A DNA stretch of 63,589 nt, the filler included, from Squatina squatina (lineage: Eukaryota), in NCBI GenBank assembly GCA_031763465.1. It is 3 parts of 3 records of this genome, joined end to end, with 100 filler letters (N's around TTAATTAATTAA, not from the genome) between each part and the next. Parts side by side here need not be neighbours in the genome. Positions count along the whole stretch, not along the records: positions 51,082 to 63,589 come from JARFOE010000080.1; 2 more parts are not named here. The stretch is one strand, 5' to 3'. Each line of letters begins with the position of its first letter. The stretch's first letter is position 1. The notes under the pieces are model-generated. The model searched no databases. It was not told where the DNA came from and worked only from the letters and a program-made list of their open reading frames with translations. Positions 51,082-63,589 of the stretch are shown in pieces. The translations under genes were made by a program, and so were the position numbers.

Positions 51082-52217
51082 AGAAACAAAGGATAGGGTG
51101 TAAATGGAGAATGCAACAGTCGTCCCTTTTTCAAATGGAAATATGCATGTTCGGCCGTCCATTTACATTAAACCCATTGCATTGCAAAGCAGCTCTGTGC
51201 TGAAGGTATATCGATTTTCTCTGGGAGATAAAGGTCTGCATTTATATTACACAGTTTGTCCTTTGGCTGAAGGAAGTTAAGTGAACATTTACATAATTGC
51301 ATAATAATCATTTGGGCGCATTCGGTAAATCCATCAAACTCACATTTGCACCTGCAAACCTTTCAGTCTTCTGTCTCTCCTACCCTTGCTTCCCTGAGCA
51401 GTGATTACATAACTGAGTGTTATCAGATCTCGCCTAAATTAAATCAATAGCAAGCTCCGTGATTTCCTCCAGCACAAATTGATTGACACTGATGGACAGC
51501 TGCAGTGAGAGAGATGAAAACAAGCACCCTGGCAGATTGTACGTGGAGACGGAGACTTGATTTTTCATCCTCCACACCATTGTGTTGTCGATGACATTTT
51601 GTCTATATCTGTGTGGGAGAGAGGCAGACGGTGTATCAGCAGGGCAAGTGAGGAAGCAGGGATTGTCTGTGATTGAAGCGTCCCTGTGGGGCATGCGGTG
51701 TGTAAAAGGATAGGTCAGAGCAAACAAGCGAGGGTGTCTGTGACCTTACTGCATGGTCCCAGTAGTGAATCTCTTGTTGTCGAAACTGATGCTGCAGCAT
51801 AGCCTGATGACATTGTCTGATAGGAAAAGGGAAGGTCTACTATTGTGTGTATGATTTAATTTTGTTCAATATAGTTAGCTCATTTTTTTACAGTGAGCTT
51901 AAAAATAAAAGTTAGCACGCTGTAGAAAAGAAAGGATATTCAATCTGTTTTGATAACACTTAAGGGAATAGTGGTTGCATTACAGATGTATTATATCACT
52001 CCCAATTACATTTACGATACATTTTTTAAACACCAGTGTAAAATACTCTGAGAGACCTATCGATTTTATTTTCAGAGAAGTCAAGAATGAGTGGAGGCCA
52101 TTTGGCCCATCAAAGATCATGGGACTATAATCTCCACCAGAGTTCTCCCTCTTCCCTGCCACAATGTGGACAATCCTGCCCATTGACATTATTTTATCCA
52201 GGGTGTTGCCAGGACCG

Positions 52218-52240
52218 GAGAGAGAGAGAGAGAGAGAGAG
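52218..52240. repeat. (GA)n microsatellite
   Basis: About 11 GA units. Confidence 0.9.
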
Positions 52241-53689
52241 CCGAGGTGGAAATTCACCCTTTTTATTTCTTTTGAACCCTAACTCTCCCATTATAGTACC
52301 CAGGGGCAATTTGAACATCTTGGGGGAGGAAGAAGAAATTCAACTTGTGCTGGGCACAGCAGCAAAATGGACAGCAATGGGGTCTTACATCCAGTGACAT
52401 CAGCAAGAGACGCGCGNNNNNNNNNNNNNNNNNNNNNNNNNNNNNNNNNNNNNNNNNNNNNNNNNNNNNNNNNNNNNNNNNNNNNNNNNNNNNNNNNNNN
52501 NNNNNNNNNNNNNNNNCAGTTGCTGGTCTATTCTGGCAGTGAAAATGAGTGTTACGGGGGATTGCTGTCTTTACAGAATTCATTAAATCGTTGCTGGGAG
52601 CCATCTTTATGAACCACATTGTTCTTTACCACTTGCAATCAAGCAGATGATAAGATACAAGGCTAAGTTCAGGGCACATCTATAACCTGCTGTCATCAGA
52701 ATAACGGATTCCCTCTCAAAGCCTGGATAAGTGCTATAAGGTAACTGTTCCAATGCCCTGAAAGTACATTTTAAAAAATCACTTGCCCTTGCTGAATGAA
52801 TATGAGTATAAAGGCATATATGTTAATCCCAAACCATACGAGTATTTTGCCAACATTTGCAAACAGGCAGCCACTTGAATTAGCACAGTGGAATGACAAA
52901 ATGAGCATCAATTTTATTTTAACTAACCATTTAAAAGATGGAACCTCAAAAGCACGCATAACATGCGCGCTTGCCGAAGCTTAAATTATTCATTTTATGC
53001 ATTAGTGGACTTTCGAATTCCGCAAAAAGCTTGTGTTATTTTAAACGACAAGAAAGGCAATGAAGGACAAATTCTGGAGATCCAGTCANNNNNNNNNNNN
53101 NNNNNNNNNNNNNNNNNNNNNNNNNNNNNNNNNNNNNNNNNNNNNNNNNNNNNNNNNNNNNNNNNNNNNNNNNNNNNNNNNNNNNNNNACTCCTGCACCT
53201 ATTTTCTATGTTTCTATAAATAAAAGTTGTTGTTGTAATGAAAAATATTCTTTATCCTCATTATTTCAATTCCTGCTACAGGAGCCTTGTTGATTTTATT
53301 TGTATCCTTTCGTTCTGCACCCTCATTTCCAGTAAAATACCATTGGTTGAAACTGCTGTACGACAGATTGGTTTCACCTGAGCCAAAGAGCCTGTGGTAA
53401 GCAAGTTTAAGAGCAGATGTGCTTACATATGCTTCTTAGAATAAAGAAAACTGACGCACAAGGCCATATTCTGAGAATTGTGTGCAAGAATTATTGTAAT
53501 TCCGACTTGTGTACTGTGCGCTATTAAGTATGCATGAATCACTTTGTAATAGCTGGTTCGAGTTTGTTTTTTAATTCTCTGGTCTTTATGCTAATGAGTA
53601 TAATTAAACTGCTTTACCTCGGCTAAGGACTGTGAGTAATGAGCCAGACAGGCCTGAAGCCTAATGTTGATGAAAGTGGAACAGGATGA

Positions 53690-54433
53690 GTGAAAAGTAG
53701 ATTAGATCGGGGGGTCTAGGACTGAAGCCATGGATTGATCCCTGATATCTACCAAATGGATTGTTTGGGAATGGANNNNNNNNNNNNNNNNNNNNNNNNN
53801 NNNNNNNNNNNNNNNNNNNNNNNNNNNNNNNNNNNNNNNNNNNNNNNNNNNNNNNNNNNNNNNNNNNNNNNNNNNACGAGAATTTTAAATGAGAGATGAG
53901 AGGTGTGGAAAAAGCTGAAATGTTCAAAGGAGAAAAAAGTATCAGAGGAGTAGGGGGACAGACCAAGGTGTGATTTGGTGATAAGAGCCATACCACCACT
54001 CCGACAGTCTGGGCCAGGCGGGGAGGGTTCATTTAGGGGTAAGGTGTCATAATTCCTCAGCCAGGTTTCCGTCATGACCATGATGTTGATGCAATCATCC
54101 ATGATAAGCTCATGGATGGCAAGAACCTTGTTCACAAGTGAAGGACATTCCAGAGGGAGATTTGGAGAGGGACAGTGATGGTTGATCCACTGCCAGAATC
54201 CACGGGGTCAGCACTGGGAGAGGCGAGTTGGACGGAGAGGAGATTAGCATGATTATCTCCCAGCGGGCACACTGGGCAAGAAGGGCGGCGAGAGAGTAAG
54301 ATGGGACAGTTGGGGTTACTGCTCGTGAGGCCTCGATGGGCCCTTCAGAGGATGCCAAGAGAGGCACAGAGGGAAGGCTTATCTAAGAAGTCAAACCTGG
54401 GACAGCGGCAGGAGAGTAGGAAAGTCAAGGAAT
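53690..54433 (-). mobile_element. L2-clade LINE, 5' region and endonuclease start
   Basis: NKVLAIHELIMDDCINIMVMTETWL...SGGMALITKSHLGLSPYSSDTFFSFEHF. Same family as 4981-6330. Confidence 0.75.
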
Positions 54434-56011
54434 NNNNNNNNNNNNNNNNNNNNNNNNNNNNNNNNNNNNNNNNNNNNNNNNNNNNNNNNNNNNNNNNNNN
54501 NNNNNNNNNNNNNNNNNNNNNNNNNNNNNNNNNTTGTTTTTTTGTAAAATTGGAATGGAGAAGGTTAAAAGGAGATCTTGATACCTAGAATCTGGGAAGT
54601 ATTAGGCTACAGTTGTCCTACAGATATGGTCCCAGACCAGTATCTAGAGGGTGACACTCTGCAAGGGATGTCCAACTGCAGGACGCACTGATGGCAGAAC
54701 CACAGTTCACTGACAGTTGTCTCGAGGCATTTACAGAGCTGAAGTGAAAGGAAATAGATGCTGAGCAGGGGGAAGAAAAAGGAACTCAAAAAGTTAGGGT
54801 ACAGTCAGAGACTGTTCAAAGCAGGAGGGAGTTGGCACAGCAGAAGGGTTCGGCGAGAGAGTTCCAGAAGGCAGTCAGGTACAAAGGAGTCCTGCATGTG
54901 CGTGGTTAGGCATGAGCAGAACTCCACTTCCCGGCCACCTGACTTTTAGTGTTAAAAAACATTGGCGGGAGAGTCTGACTTCTAACATTTGGTGAATTGA
55001 ACAATAAGATTACAATGTTCCCGNNNNNNNNNNGAGATAAATACTATACCCCAGTGAGGGTAACTGAGAGAAATACTGTACCCCAGTGCAATGCTAGACC
55101 TCCTCACCCCTCCCAGCTTTAATGGGGTTGACTGTCAGATTGCCAATCTGACTGCTGGGTTGTTCCGCGACTGCCTCTCATTAAGGTGAACCTGGCAATA
55201 TAACTGCACCGAAAGGAACTTCACAAGCCAGGAGAGGATAGATAGCGATTCAAGGCAAATATGACACAAACATTTCCAGATCTGAGCTCCTCATAAGCTG
55301 ATTCATATGAAAAAGTCATCTTGCACTTGTTATGTCCAGGGCTTGTCCTGTCAAAGACTCCAGGATATCTGGGTTATTTCTCATGCAACGCTTCAATTGT
55401 TCGTGTTCTGCTGTAATTACTTTCCAGGCAGAATGTTTGACAGGTAAAAAGTTAATTGTCACCTTTGTGCTAGGACAATAGCACAGAGCGGGTCAAAGGC
55501 AGGGTTATATGAATAACTGTCTAGCCTGATGCATTCACATTACAAAATTGCTGAGGTTAATTAAAATAAGGAAACTGATGCCCGATCTTATTAAAAATTG
55601 TGAGCGTTCAATTACTTTTGGTATCACAACCTGCATGGCACAGTTTACATATATATAAAACCTTCTTAATTTAAACCCATTGACTGAGTCGAAGTATATT
55701 CTAGATGTCCAGAGATGGCATATTGTAACGTGATTTGCCTGTAATTATAGTTATGCTGAGGAATTTCAAGAACCGCACTTGAATATTCAACATTGATAAG
55801 TTAGTGAGGGCCCTGCGCTCTATGGATTGTTAACTCTTATATTTTTTTTCCAATTGAGTAACCTAAATGAAGGGCCTAGGCTCTACAGTGCAGCCTACCA
55901 CAAAGGTTGAAAAGTTTGCGAGAAATTGAGGCCAATGAAGATGTCATCGATGGGTGATACCAAGCTAGGCTTTTAAAAAGTCTCATGGATTACGTGATGA
56001 AGGAAATCTGT

Positions 56012-56530
56012 GGCCTAGAAATTCGATGCTGTAACGGCGGCCGTTAAGGCCAGTTTTGTAGAAAATATGGCGGTCACCTCGCTTCTGGTGCAGGAAAAGG
56101 TGGCCGCCATTTTGGTAAGAGCCACAGCGCTGCCGTTGACAGCGCTAGCCTCTCAGATTTAAATAAGCAGATCGTGACATCAGTTGGTGTGCAACCTCTG
56201 ATTTGAAGCCTGAATACGCACAGAAAAGTGTGCATGAAGCAGCCCTGCAGAGATGCTGTCAGCGCTTCTAAAAAGACACCCACATCTTTCAGGTAAGTCT
56301 GGATTTCAGGGAGTGCTGCTGGATGCTTGCAAGGCTTTGGATGGTAAAGGAAGGCCTCTGAGAAGACAGAAAATGCTGGAGAACACGGAAGGAAGGATGC
56401 AATCCAGACAGCCCCTTTCTGGCTGGGATATCCAGGGTGGAATCATCCGTCTGCGGTACCAGTGACCACAACCCCAGTTCCCCTTTCAACATTTGTCCCA
56501 CACCTTACCTTCCCTCAGTTACTGACCAAC
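56012..56530 (+). mobile_element. Non-autonomous Harbinger-like transposon end
   Basis: Terminus ggcctagaaatt followed by a CpG-rich subterminal region; shares its terminus with 37573-37584. Confidence 0.45.
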
Positions 56531-58819
56531 ACAGCATCCTCTTGGCCACAATGCTGAAATAAAAGCCACAAAGCAAACTTTCCAATCCAACCTTATCCAT
56601 ATATCCATCCAATATTACATCAAAACGTCAACNNNNNNNNNNCATCCATGGACAGAGAAACAGAGTTAAAGTTTCAAGTCAAGATGGTGCCTGAACTGCT
56701 GAGTATTTCCAGCATTTTATGGTGGCATTTCAGATTGCCAGCATCCGCAGTATCTGGGCTCTGAGAAAACGACTTGTTCACAGGCCTGGGGGACACATGA
56801 AGATGAAGCAGAGGCAGCAAAGAGGACAAACTGCTCACAGAGGGAAGAAGAGAAAGCAGAAGAGGAGGAGGGATATCTGGGAACAAATCATCTGTCTGTG
56901 GTGCCAGTGAACACAACACCATGTTTTTGTTCATTCATTGAACCCTACCCTTCAGAATAGATTGCTTGCTTGGTGGCTTAAAATGGCTCACTTCAAACTA
57001 GACTAAATAAATAACTAACAGGCATTGACAATTATTGGTATGGTGGCTAACATTGCTTTTGTTTTCTGTGCACGGTAGAATGAGATAAAATACAGCACAT
57101 TATTAATAGGTCTATGTACCCAATTTGAAACTCAAATTAACTGCTGATCTATCAAGTGTAACATAAAAATATGCCGCCTTCTTGCATTTTAATTACTTGT
57201 GAAACTATAATCAGTCAAACAATGTGAAATATCAATAAATAAAACTTCACGATGTTTCCTTTTAAAACAATATGGAAGGTTTTGTGAAATTTCCTAAGTG
57301 AATCATTTCTCTTAGTGTGCTTATAGCTGTATAAATGGAGCAAATAACTATTAGTGCAATCAAAATCTGATTATTTAGAGGGAAAACCTTTAAGATGGGA
57401 CTTTAATTTTTCATATTACATTTAAAAATGCACTGTACTTAAAGTACTAGACTACACAATGTGTTGTATAATTTAGTAACATTGCATTTGACAAAAGTGT
57501 TTCTGCATCATTTATGTTTGACTACACTCTAAGTGCTGACATGCTACTGTATTTATGAATAATGCAAAGTGCTTACAGGAATGGGCCTTTTAAATTCCAA
57601 CCATGTGCTGCATTCTCCCAGGCATAATGTTTTATTTTGCTGTATAAAGCTCGTGAAGAAATGTAATGTTCAGCAAAAAGCCTTGTATTTTCTGACATTT
57701 TACAAATAATCCGGGTCCCAGGTTTCCTTTCGAGAAATCATGATTATTAGCCTCGATGTTTAAAAATTGAAGAACCCTTTTCAGGGTTGTAGTGATGTAG
57801 TCAATCCAAGTCAATGGGAAACCTAAGCTTTCCCAGTTCTGTTTATCTTGATGAACTCTTCTGAGCATTAGCCAGATTTCTATTATGCCCAAAAAAGAAG
57901 ATTGGTACCACAGCAGTGCATTCCAATTGTATTTTCACACACTTGNNNNNNNNNNNNNNNNNNNNNNNNNNNNNNNNNNNNNNNNNNNNNNNNNNNNNNN
58001 NNNNNNNNNNNNNNNNNNNNNNNNNNNNNNNNNNNNNNNNNNNNNCAGAAAGCAGCAACAGCTTGCCACTCAGCCAAGCATTTATATTGCGGCAATGATG
58101 TCTGAACACAGTTGACCTCTCCCATACTATAAGTTGCTGATGTCTGTATCTTGGTATTTTCTTAGAAGCATTACTGAGAACCCATTTCAGCTTTACATAA
58201 CGTAATCCTTATGAATATTTAACTCGAGCTTTGTATATCTAACCATTCTGAGGGCTCCAAATGGCATAGTGTCCATATAAGGCCTTAATTTTAATTTAAA
58301 CCATCATGCGTTACAGAGTATGTGGTGTCAGGCCTGGCGTGTGACTTTTTCCAACCTTCAAACCGTCTGTAGTCAAATCTTCAATCCTTTGAAGCTCGCG
58401 GTTGCTTATTTATTTCAGTCATTTTTCTTTTTTATATGCATTTGCTACCAAAGTATTTTTAAAAAAAACCTCAGAAGTTTAATATGATAAGTATGTGTGT
58501 GTGTTGGTGCAAGCGCTGCAAATATTTGAAGGTCGATCACCGTCATCAGATAAAGCATCAAAGGAAAACTTTGTTCAAGTCTTAAATATGACGTGATGTC
58601 AAGAGAATGGATTCCTTTTTGAATTTAACGTTTAATGTCGAGGCAGTNNNNNNNNNNNNNNNNNNNNNNNNNNNNNNNNNNNNNNNNNNNNNNNNNNNNN
58701 NNNNNNNNNNNNNNNNNNNNNNNNNNNNNNNNNNNNNNNNNNNNNNNATAGCTCTTTGTCATGCGGCACGGACACAATGGGCCAAATGGCCTCCTTTTGT
58801 ACTGCAGATTTCTATGATT

Positions 58820-59145
58820 CCCAATATTCAATTGGAGAACACTTCTGCTCATCCAGAACTGGATGTCCGACAAGCAGTCTGACAATTTAGAGACCGTGGA
58901 GGGGTCAAGAGAGATGGTAGTGAGGCAGGGCTGGGTGTCATCAGCGGACATGTGGAAACTGACACTGTGTTTTCGGATGATGTCGCCAAGGGGCGAGATA
59001 TAGATGAGAAATAGGAGGGGCCAAGGATAGATCCTTGGGGATCAACGATCTTGGGGTGGGGGTGGGGTGTGGGTGAGTTATGGGGCTGGAGGAGATTACA
59101 GAGATCGGGAGAGGCGAGGCCATGGGAGGGTTTTGAAAACAATGT
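58820..59145 (-). mobile_element. L2 LINE RT fragment
   Basis: PQGSILGP...(Y)ADDTQ...LSDCLSDIQFWMSRSVLQLNIG. Confidence 0.8.
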
Positions 59146-62100
59146 ACCAGAATACAAAGGAGGAATTGCTCATCAACAGACATGCCCTTAATTTGTGCTT
59201 CAAAATACAAATGCCTTTTTACCAAAATTAAATGTAAGAACATTTTTTTTAATATCTAGAGAGGAGAAGGAGCTGAGGTTTGGTGTTTTATTTGCTTTCA
59301 TTATTCAGCTCTTTCGTGTCAGGTTCAGTTACTCTTCCAAACCAATCCCCTGGACGATGTCATCTGCTGCTGGAACAATACTATTTCTGGTTCATGTGGT
59401 CGGAGGTGAATGAATGTCCCAATTTTCTGACCCAAACCCATGTCTGAGAGGGCAGGTGAGACACTATGCCCAAGCCTTTGCCAATTACAAAATAAAAATC
59501 ACCAGGACCAGACAGGAGATAACAGAAACACATTAAAGCTAATAATTTTTTTTTCATCAATCTGTTTCTTACTGATAGCGAAAATCTCTCTTCAACACTG
59601 AAAGTCATATCTGCAGTCAGAGATCATTTCCACATGTTGTGAATAACCAGCATCTGCAAGAACTTTTTACTGCTTTTGCAGAACATGTGTTGACAACCTG
59701 CCAGATGAATTCAGTTTTACTGACGTGCATAAGCTTCATGAATCAAGTGACTCAGAGACTGCAGGCTAGCTCTTCTTCAGAGATGTGCCCAATCAACAAG
59801 CTGGTGCGAAGTAGCCTAGGAAATTAAATATTATAGTGGATATTGTGTCTGTGTGGTGCATTGCATGTCTCATGTGCATGTTTGTGTTACACATGTCTAC
59901 CTGTGCTGGTCTGTCGTGAATGTTTGGGTCTTGTGTGCGTGTGCACGCACAGGTTGGTGTCAGCAGACCCCCAGATTGATGAGATTCCAAACTGTCTCCT
60001 TAAATCCTGGCGATTTTTAGAGGCTAAATGGCACAGTAAAAATCCTGTAGGCACTTCCTCTGTCTCTTTAAGACACTGTGTTCGTACTGAACAACAAATT
60101 GACGTTTATTGTGAATCTACAACTGGGTTGGTCTCCACAGTCCTGTATAAACAGTGGGAACTTACTTTCTCTAGCTGTGTCTCCAAATTAAAAATTTATC
60201 CTCAGCTGCAACTCCCCTCATGACTGATATGAATCTTTTGCCATTTTCAGCTGATGAGAAACAGTGAGTCACTGCATTAGATAAAGTAATTTAACACCTG
60301 CCTACCTGTGAAGTGAATTATGACAGTCCTGCTATAAACCTTGAGTGGCCAGGTAATTTTGCTCTGAACAGAATGTGATCCTCCAAACACAATCTATGTC
60401 TCCATCTGTCCATCTTATCATGTCATATTGTCTACACAAACACACCCACACAGCATGGGCAGTTGTACGCTGATCTCGCACTGCTGTAATTAAAATTACT
60501 ATCCAAAGTCGCATCCATTGAAAATGTACTGTTAACCATTTGAATCCAGGATCGGCCTCAAGTAGTGTGACATCATTTTGTAAATGTGCTTTATCTATTT
60601 ATAGTAATTTCTCCTTTTATATAACTTAAGTATTCCTGGGCCATGCACCAACTCCATGCTCTGTGCTCTTTTGTGTTTGGGACTAAATCGCATTATTTGG
60701 GCACAGTAGTGGATTTAAGCAGGTAGCTTGGGCTAGCAACACTTTACTCTGCATCACGTACAATATCCGCCATCTGGGTTTCCACTCTATCGGAAGAAAA
60801 GTTCCGAATAGCGCAGAGACCAGAGACCTGCACACTATACAATGATATTAGTTTCTATTCTGACAAGCGCGGAATTTGTTTTATTCAAGGTCTATATTAA
60901 AGGGTATTTTTTTTAAAGCACAAAGTACCCGAAGAGCACGCTGAATCATCGGCTATTTGATGTAACTCTATTGCTTCTTCAATGCTAGGCTGCAGATAAG
61001 CTTCGCGTGTAAATGAATGCTAGCCAGGGCACAGTTGACAGCGATCCTTTGAACACACTTCTTCAAGACCTTGGCGCCTGCAATTCGAGAATGTAAAAGC
61101 AGGCACCATAATAAAATTATGACTTTAAAAAATGACTCGGGTAAAAGAATTTAAAATTGCATCACCGTAACAATTAGTCTTGATGAAGTGAATATTTCCC
61201 TTGACAAAAGGTTATTTCTGTAGTAAAGGACTTGGATGATATAAAATAGCATTCCAACAGTATGATATTGTCTCATTGGCAGAGGTTCCTATCTGGACAC
61301 TAGCTGGAGACTCGATCGTCATGTTACTTGAATCATGTACTCTGGTTTAAGTAACGTCGTTAAAATCAGAATGGCACCGGCGTTTGATCATGCGTTCTTC
61401 AGTCTGACAAACACGAATTTCTGGTTTGAATTTTGCAGATCAGCGCAGTCATGCTGATGCTTTCCATTTAAAACCCTCAGATTACTGATTGATTGGTGGA
61501 AGATTTTTGGGGGGCTAAATTATTGCACAGTTGCAGGGAAATGAAAGCTACCAAGCGAGACCCTGCCCACCAGCACCTACAGGTAACTGCACGGGAAATT
61601 GGACCTTTGCCCCTTACGGCTTTTGTCCTTATCTATTCCAATAGATGCTCATGCACCGAACATTAAACCGGGTTTCCAGTAATTTGGCGTCAATTAATCG
61701 CCGGGCAAGCAGTTTTCGCAGAAATAACCGGGCTCAAATAGAGTTAAATAGGGCCAGAATGGAGGATTACATATTTAACTAAAGTCAATGGGTTAATATT
61801 TGTTCACCCTCATTTTTATAGCGACGCACAATGAATATAATGTGTTTATCCGGTCAATTCATCAGGACTGATATAAAAATGTAGGTTTCCTAACTTATTG
61901 CTGAAGTTTTAAGCCTCACAATTTGTTTTGCATTTTTTATTTAAAGGAAGTGTTTAATAATAAACCGGAAGTACACCCAAATGTTCAGGGTCAGAAGCAT
62001 GTTAAATATTAAGCATCAGTTCTCACTACTTTCAATACAACTACTAGGCTTCTTATTTCTTCTGATATTCGATGGTGTCTTGCCATATTGTTTTCAGTTT

Positions 62101-63190
62101 CAGTGACTAAACGCACCCCCTTATGAGGTTTTCCCACCCAGTTGTCCTGCCTGGCGCTTTGTGCAACGTTACAGACCAAGTCTGTCTTTAACTTGTTTCT
62201 CCACGTTAACCCTTTTTACAGTTCTGCCGCAGTCTCTATTTGTTAGAAAACATCCACTTTATGGCTATCTCTGGCTTCTTTAATAATCGGGATCGACAGT
62301 AAACCAATATGGTGGGTAATTTGTGTTAAATCAGAGTTCAAGACGGAACATAACAAATTAGTTATATAGCAAAAACATATAACCGTAACAATCACGATCG
62401 GATAAATGGCTAGCACGTGGGAGCAGATCTCTGGCTTGTGGCATCTCTTTCTTTCGTCTAGAACCTCCTTCGATGAGCATGGGAACCACTCTCAAAAGAG
62501 GGATCGACCAGCCTAACCGTTCTTGCCTCCCCATCTGCACTAAAAAGCTCTCTATGTCCCTCTTTTATTCTCTTTGTTAGGGGTTGGTCTGGAATGGGAT
62601 ATTGACAGGCCTATTCGACCTATTCAGGTTTCTCTCAAAACTCATTAGCCAATAGGGCCTCGAGTTCTTTGTCTTGATTTTTGAACTAAAGCCCTCCCCC
62701 AGAAGGAGTCTCATGTCTTCAATTTTTGCTCCTCAATCAATTTCAACAATTTTTCCTTGTCCCGCAAAACCGGAGTCACCAAGTCTCAAAGACCCTTACC
62801 TTCAAGCCTGTTGTTGTAAATCCCTAAAATATGAAGCTTCTTGTCTCTTGATCTATAAATTACAGCTGATCATCTCAGTAAGCCCACTTTGGCAAACTGC
62901 TACATTCTGAAATGAATAACCAACATTAAAGTCAAAACCTTACCTTACAAAGACAGATATCACAGCTAGCAGGCTCATATCATGCTGTGAGGCCTCTCTG
63001 GGGAATTTGGAATTTCCTAATCTCGTTCATTAAAACACTGTCTCAAACCCAAATGCAGGTCTTGCTAGAAAAGCAAAATTTACAATCATTTAATCACCAT
63101 ATTAGCCACGTCACAATTTTATTCACATAACGATACACAATTTTGAGCACCACTGATTCCTAACCGCCTCCACCACAAAATGGGTCATAG

Positions 63191-63416
63191 GAAAGAAAGA
63201 CTTGCATTTATATTGTACCTTTCACAACCACTGGATGTCCCAAAGCGCTTTACAGCCAATGAAGTACTTTTGAAGTGTCGTCACTGTTGTATTGTCGGAA
63301 ACGTGGCCGCCAATTTGTGCACAGCAAGCTCCCACAAACAACAATGTGATAATGACCAGATAATCTGTTTTTGTTACGTTAATTGAGGGATAAATATTGG
63401 CCAGGACACTGGGGAC
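63191..63416 (-). mobile_element. SacSINE1/DeuSINE 3' half
   Basis: aaagaaagacttgcatttata...cccaaagcgctttacagccaatgaagtactttt...gagggataaatattggccaggacac is the reverse complement of the element at 7560-7780. Confidence 0.85.
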
Positions 63417-63589
63417 ACTTCAGTTGGCAAAGTATAAAATAATTAGTATGGGAGAAAGGAAGCAAAATGAGGAGTTTGTGTTAGACAGTGTGTTCATCAA
63501 AAGAGGTTCACGATAAATTAAGATGAGGAAGGCTATTCAGCTTATTGTAGTTCATACATGACAAAATCCACCATCACATGCATTCATAT

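Noticed and set aside
59323-59770. Exon-like segments at ~59323-59405 and ~59681-59770
   Set aside because: Splice-like signals are present, but no frame gives a recognisable protein.

Overview
This is vertebrate genomic DNA, very probably from a shark, judging by SacSINE1/Deu-domain SINEs, CR1/L2/Penelope repeats and a shark-type GPR139-like receptor. The assembly is heavily fragmented: contigs of mostly a few kb are joined by ~100-N gaps. Two artificial N44-TTAATTAATTAA-N44 linkers split the window into three blocks (1-30560, 30661-50981, 51082-63589). Block 1 holds the intronless 3' end of PKDREJ and isolated exons of an AKR1B-like gene, AKR1D1, a GPR139/142-like GPCR, WDR91, MICAL3 and KDM5A, plus a 2-kb GC-rich 20-bp satellite. 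Blocks 2-3 are AT-rich, with TE remnants and no exon I could recognise. Two features are hidden from the ORF track. (1) A decayed foamy-virus (spumaretrovirus) env TM fragment at 17451-17990 (-). (2) A fungal-type ArfGAP (GLO3-like) gene start with a 55-nt GC-AG intron, fused into the middle of a KDM5A exon at ~26347; this is most likely a contamination chimera. There are no prokaryotic features such as CRISPR arrays or operons. All family assignments rest on recalled motifs and sequences, not on database searches.
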